A DNA stretch of 64,000 bases from Felis catus. Taxonomy: Eukaryota. Each line of letters starts with the position of its first letter. The stretch's first letter is position 1. The notes beneath the pieces were generated by a model that ran no database searches, was not told the DNA's origin, and saw nothing but the letters and a program-made list of their open reading frames with translations. Shown here in pieces: positions 1 through 11,343 of this stretch. The position numbers and the translations under genes are program-made. The stretch is taken from positions 6,760,001 to 6,824,000 of the forward strand of contig NC_058369.1 of assembly GCF_018350175.1 (NCBI RefSeq), given 5' to 3'.

Positions 1-1
1 C

Positions 2-1570
2 TATATGGGATGAGCGGTACTCACCTGAGCGTGTAGCCCAGGAGTCCACGGCTGAGAGGGCTTGCATGGGCACAGAGGTGAAGGCCAAAGTGGTCTTGTC
101 TCTGGAAACAGAGGTCTCAGGTGGAGACACAGATGGACTTAAAGGTTTCTTTGAATCCTCTCCAGTAGTAAATAAAAGGGTGTTGGTCTCTTCTGAGGCA
201 GAGGAGGGGGATGGAGAAAATGAAGTCTTCATTCCAGACACACTGGTGATGCTGAGGATTCCAGGGCCACCCGATGGTTCCGAAGCCGAAGTCCCGGCTG
301 CGGGGAGGCTGGGCGGGTCTGGGGTCTCGGGGGAGGTGCTGAGGGGGAGCACGCTCCCTGCTGTCTCTTCCCCTGGGGGAGATGGACGGGCCAGGGTAGA
401 GGTGGCACTTCTGACCCTCCTAGCACTTGCTGCTGGATTACTTGCCATTATGGGAAACATGACAGCTGAGTTGGGCTCCGTCCTCTCTGGGCTCCCCGGG
501 ATCCCCGTGGTCGTGGAAGAGGTAACTGTCTGCACTGAGGATGTGCTGGAGCCTGGCACTTTACCACCCAGATCTGAAGCAGGTGACAGCAGGGAAACAC
601 TGGGGGTTAGCGTGGTGCCTCCCTCAGAACCAAGCTCAGGGGAGGCAAAGTGATGTTCCGTGTTGGACCGAGGCAGTCCTGGGCTTCTTTGCCCCCCAGA
701 ATCTGGAGTCTCTCTAGATGACGTCTCGGGATAAGTAGAAGAGACCGTCTTGGAGGGCAAGCGTGTGGCTCCCAGAGTACTGGGATTACCAGCCGCCCCC
801 ACCTCGGCTGGAGTGACTGGGGCACTTCTCATGGTCTGAGTCAAACCCGTGAGTGTCTCAGATGAAGCTGTAGGTTCTGTGGGGAGGTGGGCTGTGGTCC
901 AACTCCTCCTGGTGCTGCTGTTTCCCACCCCACTGGGGACAGTCAGCTGATCGGTGGCTGGGCCGCCTGTGGCTTCTGTGAAGAGTGTGTCTGTCGAGGT
1001 TTCTTGGGGTGAAGTTCCTTTGGAGGGGCTGCTCTTTGCAGTGACTTCCGGAGTGGGGGAAGGGCTGACAGAGGTTACCACAATGCTTGAGGACCCCCCA
1101 GGATCTGTCTCTGTCCAGCGTGTGCGCTGGGATTCACTCGCGTCCTGAACGGAGCCTGCCTGGGTCTGTGACGCGGCTGTTGGGGTGCTGGAGAGGGGTG
1201 CCCTGGAGGGCTCAGAGTTCCCACCGGCAGCCGTGCTTCTGAGCTCCCCCTCTGGGTCAGATGAGGACACCGGAGCCCCACCGGTCACCCTGCTGTCAGG
1301 GCTGGAGGCTGTGGTGATAGTCAGACTGTTCTCTCTTCCAGGAGCAGAGACACTGGTCGCGGTCTCAGCTGGGGAAGTAAAAGACAGGGCACTTTTGTCC
1401 ACGGTAGCCACAGCTGCGGAAACCTCACGTAATAAACTGGTAACGTGCGTGTCCTGGGTGGTTTCAGCACTACTGCCTGCTGTGTTACAGGACAGGGTAG
1501 GAGCACTGGACCCAAGGAGGCCCATGGGGCCAAGCAGGGATGCCTCAGCATTTGCCTTTCGGACGCGGGT
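2..1570 (-). CDS. MUC16: Mucin-16 large N-terminal S/T/P-rich exon (partial; frame runs off the left edge)
   Basis: About 523 open codons from just after a TAG (1571-1573) to the window edge; absent from the ORF track because it has no stop in the window. Translation LLGPMGLLGSSAPT...LSFTSPAET...FASPELGS...PNSAVMF...SARRVRSATSTL...SEETNT resembles the human MUC16 N-terminus as recalled (MLKPSGLPGSSSPT...LPFTSPDKT...FSSPEPGS...PNSAIPF...SAERVRSTISSL...SEETNT). Neighbouring OR1M1 fits human chr19p13.2 synteny. Possible donor CAG|GTGAGT at 25/24. Confidence 0.88.
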
Positions 1571-2080
1571 CTAAGATGTGCCCTCGGAGAGCCAAGCTGG
1601 CTGCTGGCATCCGCCACTGGGCTCCCTGCAGTTTTTTCTGGTGGGCGATGTAACTGGGATCTCTGCACTTGTGCCGGACACACTTAGGTCCAGATGACCC
1701 CTGTGCACGTGGGAGGTTGGGGGAAATCAGGCAGCCTTTCTGAAAGGATGTGGCAACCACAGGAATTTCCCTAAAATAAAAATCTGACCGTATCAGTCCC
1801 CTCCTTCGAATCTTATTCGTTTGCCTGTCGTGTCCTTAATGATCCACCTTGTCTCTCCCTCTGACGCTGGTTCTCAACCGGGTCTGATGTCCCTCCCCCC
1901 CGCCCCCGGGGAATATTCCAGAAAGGGACCACAGGTTTGGTTTGTTACGATGAGACGATGAGTGGTGCTCTGGTGCCACCTAGTGGACAGAGGCTAGGGA
2001 TGCGGCTACCAGCCCCATAAGACAGGCCAGCCCCCACTGCAAAGAATACTGGACGCCAATGGTCAAGAGGCTGGGGTCCA

Positions 2081-2285
2081 GGGGCGCCTGGGTGGCTCCA
2101 TTGGTTAAGTGTCCGACTCTTGATCTCAGCTCAAGTCATGATCTCACAGTTTGTGGGACTGAGTTCATGTTGGGTTCTATGCTGACAGTGTGGAGCCTGC
2201 TTGGGATTTCTCTCTCTCTCCTCTCTCTGTCCCTCTCCCCCACTCACACTTTCTCAAATAAAAAGCTAAAAAAAAAAAAAAAAAA
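2081..2285 (+). mobile_element. Can-SINE
   Basis: ggggcgcctgggtggctc head, (CT)n, poly(A). Confidence 0.9.
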
Positions 2286-2353
2286 GATTCAGTTCAACCT
2301 TGTGTTTTCTCTTTACTGAATTTTCTAAGTGTTCTACAATGAGACCACATTAC

Positions 2354-2377
2354 TTCCACTGGAATTTTCAGGAAAGT
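2354..2377 (-). CDS. Candidate 24-nt symmetric micro-exon (D-FPENSSG-)
   Basis: TTTATTCTCCTTCTCAG|ACTTTCCTGAAAATTCCAGTGGAA|GTAATG; strong acceptor, weaker donor, open in phase 1, contains an N-S-S sequon. Confidence 0.3.
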
Positions 2378-2489
2378 CTGAGAAGGAGAATAAATATCAC
2401 TGCTCATTTATTTTTTCTTCTATAAAGTGACTTTTAAAAACAGTTCAATCATCTCCTCCTCTGGAAGGTCTTCTTTGAAGCTGGGATAT

Positions 2490-3225
2490 TGTGATTTGTA
2501 ATAAGAAATGTATATATTTGATCTTTGTTCTTGTTTCTGGGAAAGAGCTCCTAAAACCCTTGGAATTGCCCAAGTGAAGGGAGCGATAAAGGTGTCTTTT
2601 GTTGTGCTAATGAGTGAGTTTGGGACCACACCTAATGATGGCGGCAGATGAGGGCCAGAGAAGAGCACCAACCAGGTGATTAGGGGGTTGGAACTTTCAA
2701 AGGGTGAGGGAGAGGGTTTAGAGGTTGAGTTCAACCACCAATGGCCAGTGATTTAATCATTTCTGTGTCATAAAGCCTCCAAAGGGCAGGCTGGGAGAGC
2801 CTCTGGGTTGATGAGCACATGGGGATGGGAGAGTGGTCCCCTGCAGAAGGCAGGGAAGGTCTGAGCCTTCCCCACACCTTGCCCTCTGTGTCTCTTCCAT
2901 CTGGCTGTTCCTGAATTATATCCTTATATAAGAAACCAGTAACCTAGTAAGTAAATGGTTTCTCTGAGCTCTGAGCAGCACTAGCCAATTAATGGAACCC
3001 AAGGAGGGGGTTGTGGGAACTTCTCATTTACAGTCAGTTGGTCAGAAGTACAAGCAGCCACCTGGTCTTGCATTTGGCATCCTGAGTTGGAGGGGGGTCA
3101 CTGGAACCTCTGATTTGTAGCAGGTTGGTCAGAAGGACAGCTAACAGCCTGGGCTTTGCAATTGGCATCTGATGTGGGGGAGCAGGCAGGGGGGCAGTCT
3201 GATAGGACTAAGCCCTCAACCTGAA
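2490..3225. mobile_element. ERV LTR (MER21-like)
   Basis: gagctcctaaaacccttggaatt...cagttggtcagaagtaca...cttgcatttggcatc motifs recalled from MER21-type LTRs. Confidence 0.6.
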
Positions 3226-3230
3226 GAAAC

Positions 3231-3442
3231 TTTTTAAAAATTTTTTTTAATGTTTTATTTTTGGGAGAGAAAGAGCATGAGCAGGAGAGGGGCAGAGAGA
3301 GAGGGAGATGCAGAATCCGAAGCAGGCTCCAGGCTCCGAGCTGTCAGCACAGAGCCCGACACGGGGCTCGAACTCACGGACCGTGAGATCACGATCCGAG
3401 CCGAAGTCGGACGCTTAACCGACTGAGCCACCCAGGCGCCCC
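3231..3442 (-). mobile_element. Can-SINE (SINEC_Fc type)
   Basis: Reverse-complement tRNA-derived head, (GA)n and T tail. Confidence 0.92.
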
Positions 3443-6036
3443 AAGATCATTTTTTCTCATAGTCCGCGGTACACACAGCTCTCTCCAATACCTGAGTGTC
3501 ACCAGCTACCCCTCCACTCCCTCCTTCAATTGAGCTTTGCATTATGGTCTCTACATGAGGCAACAGAAGGTATAAGGATCAAAGGTACATTCATCAGCTC
3601 ACTCTTTCTCCGGAGAGTTCTTTTTGAGAAGGTTCTGGTATAAAGTCCAAAAGCTGAGACTACACAGTCTTTCTGTCCTCCAACTGGTAAGGAATGAAGT
3701 CTCAAAACAGAGTAAAGATCAGGACTGTGAAAGCTTGCTGGACCTAGAAGGCAAGGAACCCTTAGGACCGAGCAGGTCAGGTTACCATCTTATAAGCAAT
3801 TAAAGAGATGGAGGCAGGTTGGGGGACTGGAGCACAGAGAGGTCTCAGTGGTAGGTCTCAGAAGCCAGAAACTGGTACAAATGATCCCAGAGGACTTGAC
3901 AGAAGTGGATGGGACCAGTATTCCCAAGGAGGCACAGCCCCCAGCGCAAGAAGCCCAGCACAGAGGACAGTAGGCACTGAGCAGTCTTCCTGCAAAAAGA
4001 ATAGACTGGAAGGAGCTAGAACAGGATGTTTAGCTGCATCCCTGGCCTTTACTCACCAGATGTCAGCAGCCCCTGCCCTCTTGGTTGTCCACCGAAAAAT
4101 ATCTCCGGACACTGCCAATGTCCCCAGAGGGCCAACATCACACCGTGGTGAGAACCACTATGTTGGAGGCATCATCTAACTTAATCTAGATTTCACATCT
4201 ACTCAATCACACATTTATTCTCACATTCTAGATGCAAGTCTGGGGGCTCCGAGAGGTTACCTCACTCGTCCAGGAAGTGGCAGAGGCAGGATTTGAACCC
4301 AGGCCGCCTGGCACCAGTGTCTGTACTGCTAACTGCCCTGCTATGTGGCATCTTTTCCATTCAAATATAGGGAACAAATTAGACTCTGGGATGGAGAAGA
4401 CCCATCGCCCAGGGTCAAGGAGCGGCGGGCGGCATGAAGAACCCAGATAGAGTTCCAGCCTCAAACTGCCTCTTCTTGTCTACACTGGTTCCCACCAAGG
4501 GGACATCCCACCAGATGCCCCAGCAGCAGGGAACTTGCCTCTGTGTGTGCCAGAGCTGATGGCCAGGCCCAGGCTGAGACCCACTGACACCCCTGCCTCT
4601 GGGACCGAGTGCGGATGTGGACAGAGAAGGTAGACTGGCAGTCAGGAGGGTCAGAGGGGGAGGGATAAGGGCCAGGCTTTCTCCCTCCTGCCTGTCCCCA
4701 GGGAAGCCAATATTCATGAGTGAGGCAGAGGAGATGTGCCAGGAACAGAGGGGCCAGGACAGACAGTGACCAACCTGTCGGGGTTTGCCCTGGACTTTCT
4801 CAATTTTAGCACTTAAAGATTCACATCCCAGGAACACCCTCAGTATCTGGCAAACCAGGATGGCTGGCTGGTCGCCCTCCTGGGATGTGTCCTCCTGACT
4901 CAGCATTCATGGCCCCGCAACCCTTGGCCTGTGATGCACTAAGGCCTCTGGGGACAGCTCTGAGGTCTGAGCAGGGAGCCAGAAGATGAGGCCGGTACCC
5001 AGGCTGGTACCCACATCCAGAAGCCAGATCTAGATAGTGGCAGATGATGCAGAGTGTGGTGCTTACAGTCAGACACCCTGGCTTCCAGGCACGGCTGTCC
5101 CCACCCCTCCCCCCCCAGCCACATGGGGGACCTTCTTCTGAGCTTCTGTCCCCTCATCTGTGAAATGGGGAGGGTAACCTGGACCACTGAATCTACCGTC
5201 AAGAGTGGGTGGGGCCCTGTGTAAGCCACTGTGTCTGGCCTTGACTCTCCCAGAAGGTGGGAGGGGCTCATTCATCTGCTCAGACTGGCCACCTGGGAGA
5301 AGCCCCAGGAACATCCAGTGACAAGCTGGACATGAAGAAGCCCGAAGCTGCCCCACCTGGCTGGATCCATGGGGAAACATGAACAAATCTTTCCTCTTTT
5401 CTGGGAGATGAGTCATAAGTGGTGAAAAATGAGCTGAAATTCTGGCCAGAGCAGGTTAGACTCAGGGGCCCACATCTGAGTTCCAAATACCCTCTGGCCA
5501 CTGTCCAGGGACCCAGGAAGGCATTCAGCACAGCACGGTGAGAGCGTTGTATGTTCTATGCTGTGCTGGCCCTTGGGGAGCCCTGCTGGGAGGGGTCAGC
5601 AGAGGAGAACCGCTCATCTCCCCTGGGGGAGGTACCCATGTGCCGGGAAACTCCCAGGACACGAGTGATCTTTGTCAACCCTCTTCCCAGGCAGAGGGTG
5701 AAGTCAGGGCTTAGGAATCATCCAGACACTGAGATCTGGACCCTTGCTGTGTGGCTTTAAACAAAAGGCTTAACCTCTCTGAGCCTGTCTCCTCTTCCAT
5801 CAAATGGGAGGTAGCAGTGGCCCTGTTCTCACCCACGCAGGCTCAATCGAGATAATGCAGGTAAAACCCTGGCACACAGGATGTGCACAATACGAGATGA
5901 TGGTCACTAAGGTCCTGTGGGATCTTGGGGTGTCTCAGCCCCAGGGGCAAGGTGGGAGAGAGCACAGGAAGAATATGGATGGGGTCCAACGTAGAGGGAG
6001 AGGTGAGTGAGGAATGCTTTTCCTCCAGCTCTGGAG

Positions 6037-6041
<5 letters not shown>

Positions 6042-6084
<43 letters not shown>
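6042..6084 (+). repeat. Poly(A)43 tract
   Basis: Seen directly. Confidence 0.95.
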
Positions 6085-6087
<3 letters not shown>

Positions 6088-7815
6088 CTCTTTGAGGAGT
6101 TGGAAACTCAGAGAGGGTAAGTGTCTGGCCCAAGAACACAAAGCCTGTCAGTGCTAGATTTAGATTTCTTTTCACCTCTGCCCAGGGATTAAGGGAGTCC
6201 TTTCCGGCATTTAAGTCGAAAGTCCTGGAGGGTGTCTGGATTGATTCCAGGGGAATCCCTGCCATGAGATGTGTCCCAGGTACTATGGAAATGATGGGGC
6301 AGTGGGGAGGGATGTCAACCCATAGTCCAGGTGACCAGTACTCCCTGGGACAGGAGCAGGAGTCTACCCAGCTCCAACAGCCCCCTGCATCAGACCCAGA
6401 GTGAACCTTGGGGACAAAAGCTGTTAAACAGCCTCTGTTTGTGGCTACGTGCTTTGGGGACAGCTCAGGGGGACACACCCCATCGGAGGTGGTGGGATTG
6501 TCCTGTACAAACCCGCCCACCATTCAGGTCATTGTGTGGATGCCTCACAATGACGTCTAACCACAAAGCTCTTCCCTGGGGCCAGAGCCGGGCCTCAGTG
6601 ACTCAGGGCTGGGGGGCTGGGGAGCCTTCCCCACCTGTTCAGGGAGCTGCAGCCTGGCCTGGGTGAGGGTAGGGCGAGCCGGCTCCCAGGCTGCCAGTGT
6701 CCAGGGTCTCATGCCCTTCTAGGATGGGGAAGGCCCTCTCGACTGCCCTTTGGCCCTGGTGGCCTCTGTTTCCCAGCTAAATGTTGAGGACGGTCCTTTC
6801 TCCTGGGACGAGTAAAGGAACAGCTACTTAGGCACCTGGCAGAGGGCAGATGCCCCCTTCTACCAGCCTCTGGATGTCTTGCACACCAGAGGTTTGGCTA
6901 GAAAGCCCAGGCTGCCTGCCCAAGGAAGCGGCTGGTGTAAAACAGTCCGGGGGTCTGGACAGCCCAGGGGCCACATGTGGAGAACCTTGGAGCTTCTCTC
7001 TGTAGAGGAGAGAGTCTGGCCTCCCCCCACAGCATGTAAACACACCAAGCTGGACCCCTGCCTTTCCCCGAGGCCGGTGGGCTTCCTCGAGGCAGCAAGG
7101 GCCCAAGCTAATCCTCCAAAATGACCAACAGACCTGCAAAGACCCCTTGGGATCAAAGAACACAGCTCCCCGAAACCTCACAGGCTGCCTTCCGGCTTCC
7201 ACCCCTCCCCTGTGCATCCCCCTATCATGCAGCCCAAATACACTCACATCACACCGAACTAACCCAAACACACCTGGCAGCTTCCTGCCTCCTGGCCTTT
7301 GCACACGCAGTTCTCCCTGCCCTTCCCTCTCTCCCACTGATCGTGCCCGTAGAAATCCCTGCCGACCCCAATGCCACCCTGCAGTTTAGGGAAACTCCCT
7401 GCCCTCAGTGCTCCTGCTCAACCGTGCACCCCTAATGACTGGGCAGCCGCCCGCCTTGCCCAGCAGCCCGGAGCTTCTGGAAGCCCAAAGCTGTGACTGG
7501 GTCATCTCCCACCTGAGAGCCAGGCACGGGTGTCTACAGAACCAGCCCCCAGCCAGTGAGGGTGTGAGCGAGCCCGTGAATGAAGGAATGGACGGCTGGC
7601 CGTCTCCACACGGAGCCTGGCAGATATCGAATTCGTGGCACAGGGATTTGGTGAACTTGCCTGTCAGTTCGGAACACGCAGCCTCATCCGGCCAGCTGTG
7701 ACTTGGGCCTTTGCCAGAAAGCAGAAGACCTCCGCCGCCCGCGAGGGGCTTGGAAGCCTGAGGCACGTGTCACGTCTGCTCTGTCCTCTACTGGCCCCAG
7801 CCCAGCCCGGCTTAC

Positions 7816-7903
7816 CTGGCCCGCAGGTGAGGAGGAGGCTGACGGCCAGAACCAGCAGGTGTCTGCGCTGGCACCCCCGGGGTGCCGGGCCCTCCCAGCC
7901 CAT
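7816..7903 (-). CDS. MUC16: Proximal signal-peptide first coding exon (MGWEGPAPRGCQRRHLLVLAVSLLLTCGP-G)
   Basis: Strong Kozak GGAGCATGG; 29 codons + 1 nt; basic n-region, hydrophobic h-region; donor CAG|GTAAGC; GC/CpG-rich region immediately upstream. Confidence 0.75.
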
Positions 7904-8530
7904 GCTCCTGCCTGGCCGCCCCGGGCTGTGCTCCTCACCCCCTGGACAGGTCCCGGTGACTGAGCCGGCCGGGCCCGGCTCCTGGGAGGGCGCTGAGGAC
8001 ACGCCTTGCTGAGCTGCCCGAGAGGGGCAGGGCCTGCCCTGGGGGAAGAGTGGTTCGCTGCTGGCAAAGGTCGGCTGGCATGATCTGGTGCCCGCGTAGT
8101 GACTAACACCTGCAGACCGACACCCTCTGTGAGGAGGGGCGGGAGGGGACCCCCGCTCCCCCAGCCAAGCCTGGCTCCCGGGTCTGCTGTCCGTGGGTCC
8201 AGCCACGTGGGTCCGTGGCTTAAGGAGGGCAGGGACCGAGGCGTGGGCCTGTGGCGCTCTCTGAAGCCCCGGGCGTCTACGGGACACCTTCCTGCTCAGG
8301 ACCCGGTACCAGCAGACTGGAGCTGGGTGGACCCTCCCCGGGGGAGGCACGGCTGGCTCGGAGCATGTTGGAATGTGTGGGAGTGGAGAGGAGAGACTGC
8401 GTTCCCATGCGGGAACGCGCCGGCTGCATACCACCCCTGCCCCCCGCTCTGCCCCACGTGGCCATCACGGGGTCCGCGGTCCCGCACCCCGGAGCCGAGC
8501 CCTGCAGCTGTCCCTGCCGGGGGCCTGAGG
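7904..8530 (-). promoter_or_regulatory. GC/CpG-enriched putative proximal promoter and 5' UTR of MUC16
   Basis: Locally high GC and CpG content directly upstream of the signal exon; GC box GGGGCGGGAGGGG near 8136-8148. Confidence 0.5.
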
Positions 8531-9545
8531 AGCTGGCGTGGGAGGCAGGTGGGGGATTTGGAATTCTGCCTCCTTATCAGTGGCACTATTGAGATTTGGG
8601 ACCAGATAATTCGTTGTCGAGGGGGCTGTCCTGGGCACCATACGGTATCAGCCAGCATCCCTGTCCTCTCCCTGCTGGAGAGGACTCCCTCTCTAGTGTC
8701 ATGACAGCCAGAAATGCCAAATGTCCTCTGGGGGAAAAAAATCACCCCTGGATAAGAAGCACTGCTCTAGATCAAAGCTGAGTTCAAATCCTAGCTCTGC
8801 TATGTGCTATAGCTCAGTGACTTCGGGTAAACCCCCAAGACTTGGTGTTTTCATGGAGCCATGGAACCATAAATAGCAACCCCTTTACAGAATGGCTGTG
8901 AGGGTGAAACCCAGCCTCAGTGTCCTGCTGGTGACTGGAAGCCATGCCGAGCACATAGTTGGGTGTTCAGTAAACAGTGATGCCATCACCCACTGCAAAT
9001 CTGGACGCATTAACCCCCGTGTGCCCCCCGGAGAGCAGGGCAGCTCCTGGACCTTGATGGTGCTCAGGAATGCTCGTTGTCACACACATCCTAGAGAAAG
9101 AAAATTTGAATTGCTTAAATGAGAAGAGTTTGGGGGAATCCAGGGGTCTGGGGTGTGGTCCCAGCTCTGTCACAAATCTGGTGCTTTGGGGTGCCGTTTT
9201 CCACTCCTTGAGGTGGGGGGGGTTTGTACAGTGATCCCCTTCCAACAGGACCCAGTGGCTTGGCCTCTGTTTCTCTGTGATTGTTTTCTTAAAGAAAACT
9301 CAATAGTGCCACTGATAAGAAGCCCTGGTCTAAGGCTGCTCTGTCATCCAGCAGAAGCTTCTGGGATAATGTTCAGGTGCTATGCCTGTGAGCCACAGGG
9401 GGTTCTTGAGCACCTGAAAGGTGGCCAGTTCAAATGAGGAACTGACCTTTCATTTCATTTCATCTTAATTTAAAAGCCCAATCCTCAGTTCCGTTAATGG
9501 AAAATTTGGGTGTAGGCTTGGAACAGCTCAGGCTTGTGCGTGTAC

Positions 9546-9763
9546 TTTTTTTTTTTTATTTTAAAATATTTTCACTTATTTTTGAGAGAGAGAGACAGAA
9601 CATGAACGGGGGAGGGTCAGAGAGAGAGAGGGAGACACAGAATCCGAAGCAGGCTCTAGGCTCTGAGCCGTCAGCACAGAGCCCGATGCGGGGCTTGAAC
9701 TCACAAACCGCGAGATCATGGCCGAAGTCGGACGCTTAACCCACGGAGCCACCCAGGTGCTCC
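9546..9763 (-). mobile_element. Can-SINE (SINEC_Fc type)
   Basis: Reverse-complement head, (GA)n and T tail. Confidence 0.92.
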
Positions 9764-10779
9764 TGAATTGCTGAATCTTAATCATCTTTACTATAAATGA
9801 CTTCACCTCTCTTTTTTCTGTCTTGCCCAGCTGGGTGGTTCCTGCACCAATGACAGGGATGGGGTGGAACTTATGTGCCCTTCTCTGCCCCTGAGGGTGT
9901 GTAGATATGTCAGCAGGACCGCTTGGAGATTAGGGATGGACAGGGCCGGCCTCTGGGTGCTCTCCGCTCCCAGAGTTCTGCCCAACCTTTCCATGGGTGC
10001 ATGGAGAGAACGGCAGCATGAGAGACAAAGCAAAACGGCCTCCATCTCCTGCTGTAGCTGGACTGGCCGGGGAAAGAGGGAAGGAAGCTAGTGGCAGAGA
10101 CAGGGTCGTCAGCCAGAGAAGTGAGCAAAGAAACCCACGGTGTCACCACTGAACCAGAGGGAAGAGTGGGTTTCTAGGACAAGGGAGAACTTCCCCAGAC
10201 AAATATCCTAAAAAAGGAAGCTCAGAAGAAGGTATCGGGGATGTTTGAGAAGGGAGTTTCCGTGCAGAAGAATGCCAGATTATCCAGCTTAGAAGGCAAT
10301 GACAACGATATTAATAATGTTTACTAGCCGCCTACTGTATGCCAGGCATCAGGGAACCAGGAAGAAGGGTGCCAGGAACTAAGGGTGCTAACACTAAATC
10401 ACAGCATTTAACAAGTAGCGTTTGTGCAATGTTTTCTCTGAGCCCTGCCTTTCATGGACCCCAATGGTTCATTTGGTTCTCATGGTGTCTCCATGAGGTG
10501 ATGTGGTCATTGACCCATTGCACACAGGAAGAAACTGAGGCACAAAGACACCATATAACTCGTACAAGACCGTGCAGTGAGGCACTATACATTTCCATTC
10601 ACGACATGTTCAAGAACAGGCAAAGTTAATGGATGGGGATAGAAATCAAAATAATTTTCTGGGGATGGGAATAGTGCCTGGAAAAGGGGCACAAGGGAAA
10701 CTTCTAGAGCAGCAGTTCTCAGTCGGGGCCAGTTATGCCTCCCACCCAGGGGATATTTGGCATCAAAAGTGAGAGATAA

Positions 10780-11120
10780 TCTCAAAGAGGACACCCAAAT
10801 GGCCAACAGTTACGTGAAAGGGTGTTCAACATCACTAATCATCCGGGAAACGCAAATCAAAACCACAATGAGATATCTCCTCACACCTGCTAGGATGGCT
10901 GCTATCAAAAAGAAGATAACAGCTATTGGTGAGGATGGAGAGAAAGGGGAACCCTTGTGCTCTGTTGGTGGGAACGTACTTTGGTGCAGCCATTTTGGAA
11001 AACAGTATGGCGGTCAGGACAGTAAAAAGAGGGATGCATGCACCCCTATGTTTGTAGCAGCTGTATTGACAATAGCCAAACAACACGGTCTATCCATAGA
11101 TGAATGGATAAAGAAGACGT
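10780..11120 (+). mobile_element. L1 ORF2 3' fragment
   Basis: KEDTQMAN...[18 protein letters not shown]...CTPMFVAA. Confidence 0.75.
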
Positions 11121-11291
11121 GGGGGCACCTGGGTGGCTCAGTAGGTTGAGCGTCTGATTTCGGCTCAGGTCATGATCTCGCGGTTTGTGAGTTCGAGCTT
11201 CGCATCAGGCTCTGTGCTGACAGCTCAGAGCCTGGAGCCTGCTTCATATTCTGTGTCTCCCTCTCTCTCTGACCCTCCCCCGCTCACGCTG

Positions 11292-11322
<31 letters not shown>

Positions 11323-11343
11323 AAAAAAATAAGCATTAAAAAC
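11121..11343 (+). mobile_element. Can-SINE (SINEC_Fc type)
   Basis: Head, body, (CT)n and A tail. Confidence 0.92.

Noticed and set aside
66..1574. Plus-strand ORFs 66-653, 954-1148 and 1185-1574
   Set aside because: V/E/G-rich antisense shadows of the S/T/P-rich MUC16 frame, all in one fixed register to it.
5843..6523. 226-aa ORF with poly-Phe
   Set aside because: Poly-Phe comes from the A43 tract and the frame crosses MIR-like sequence.
7664..8434. 256-aa minus-strand ORF as a standalone gene
   Set aside because: GC-rich promoter sequence; only the 7816-7903 segment has Kozak, signal-peptide and donor support.
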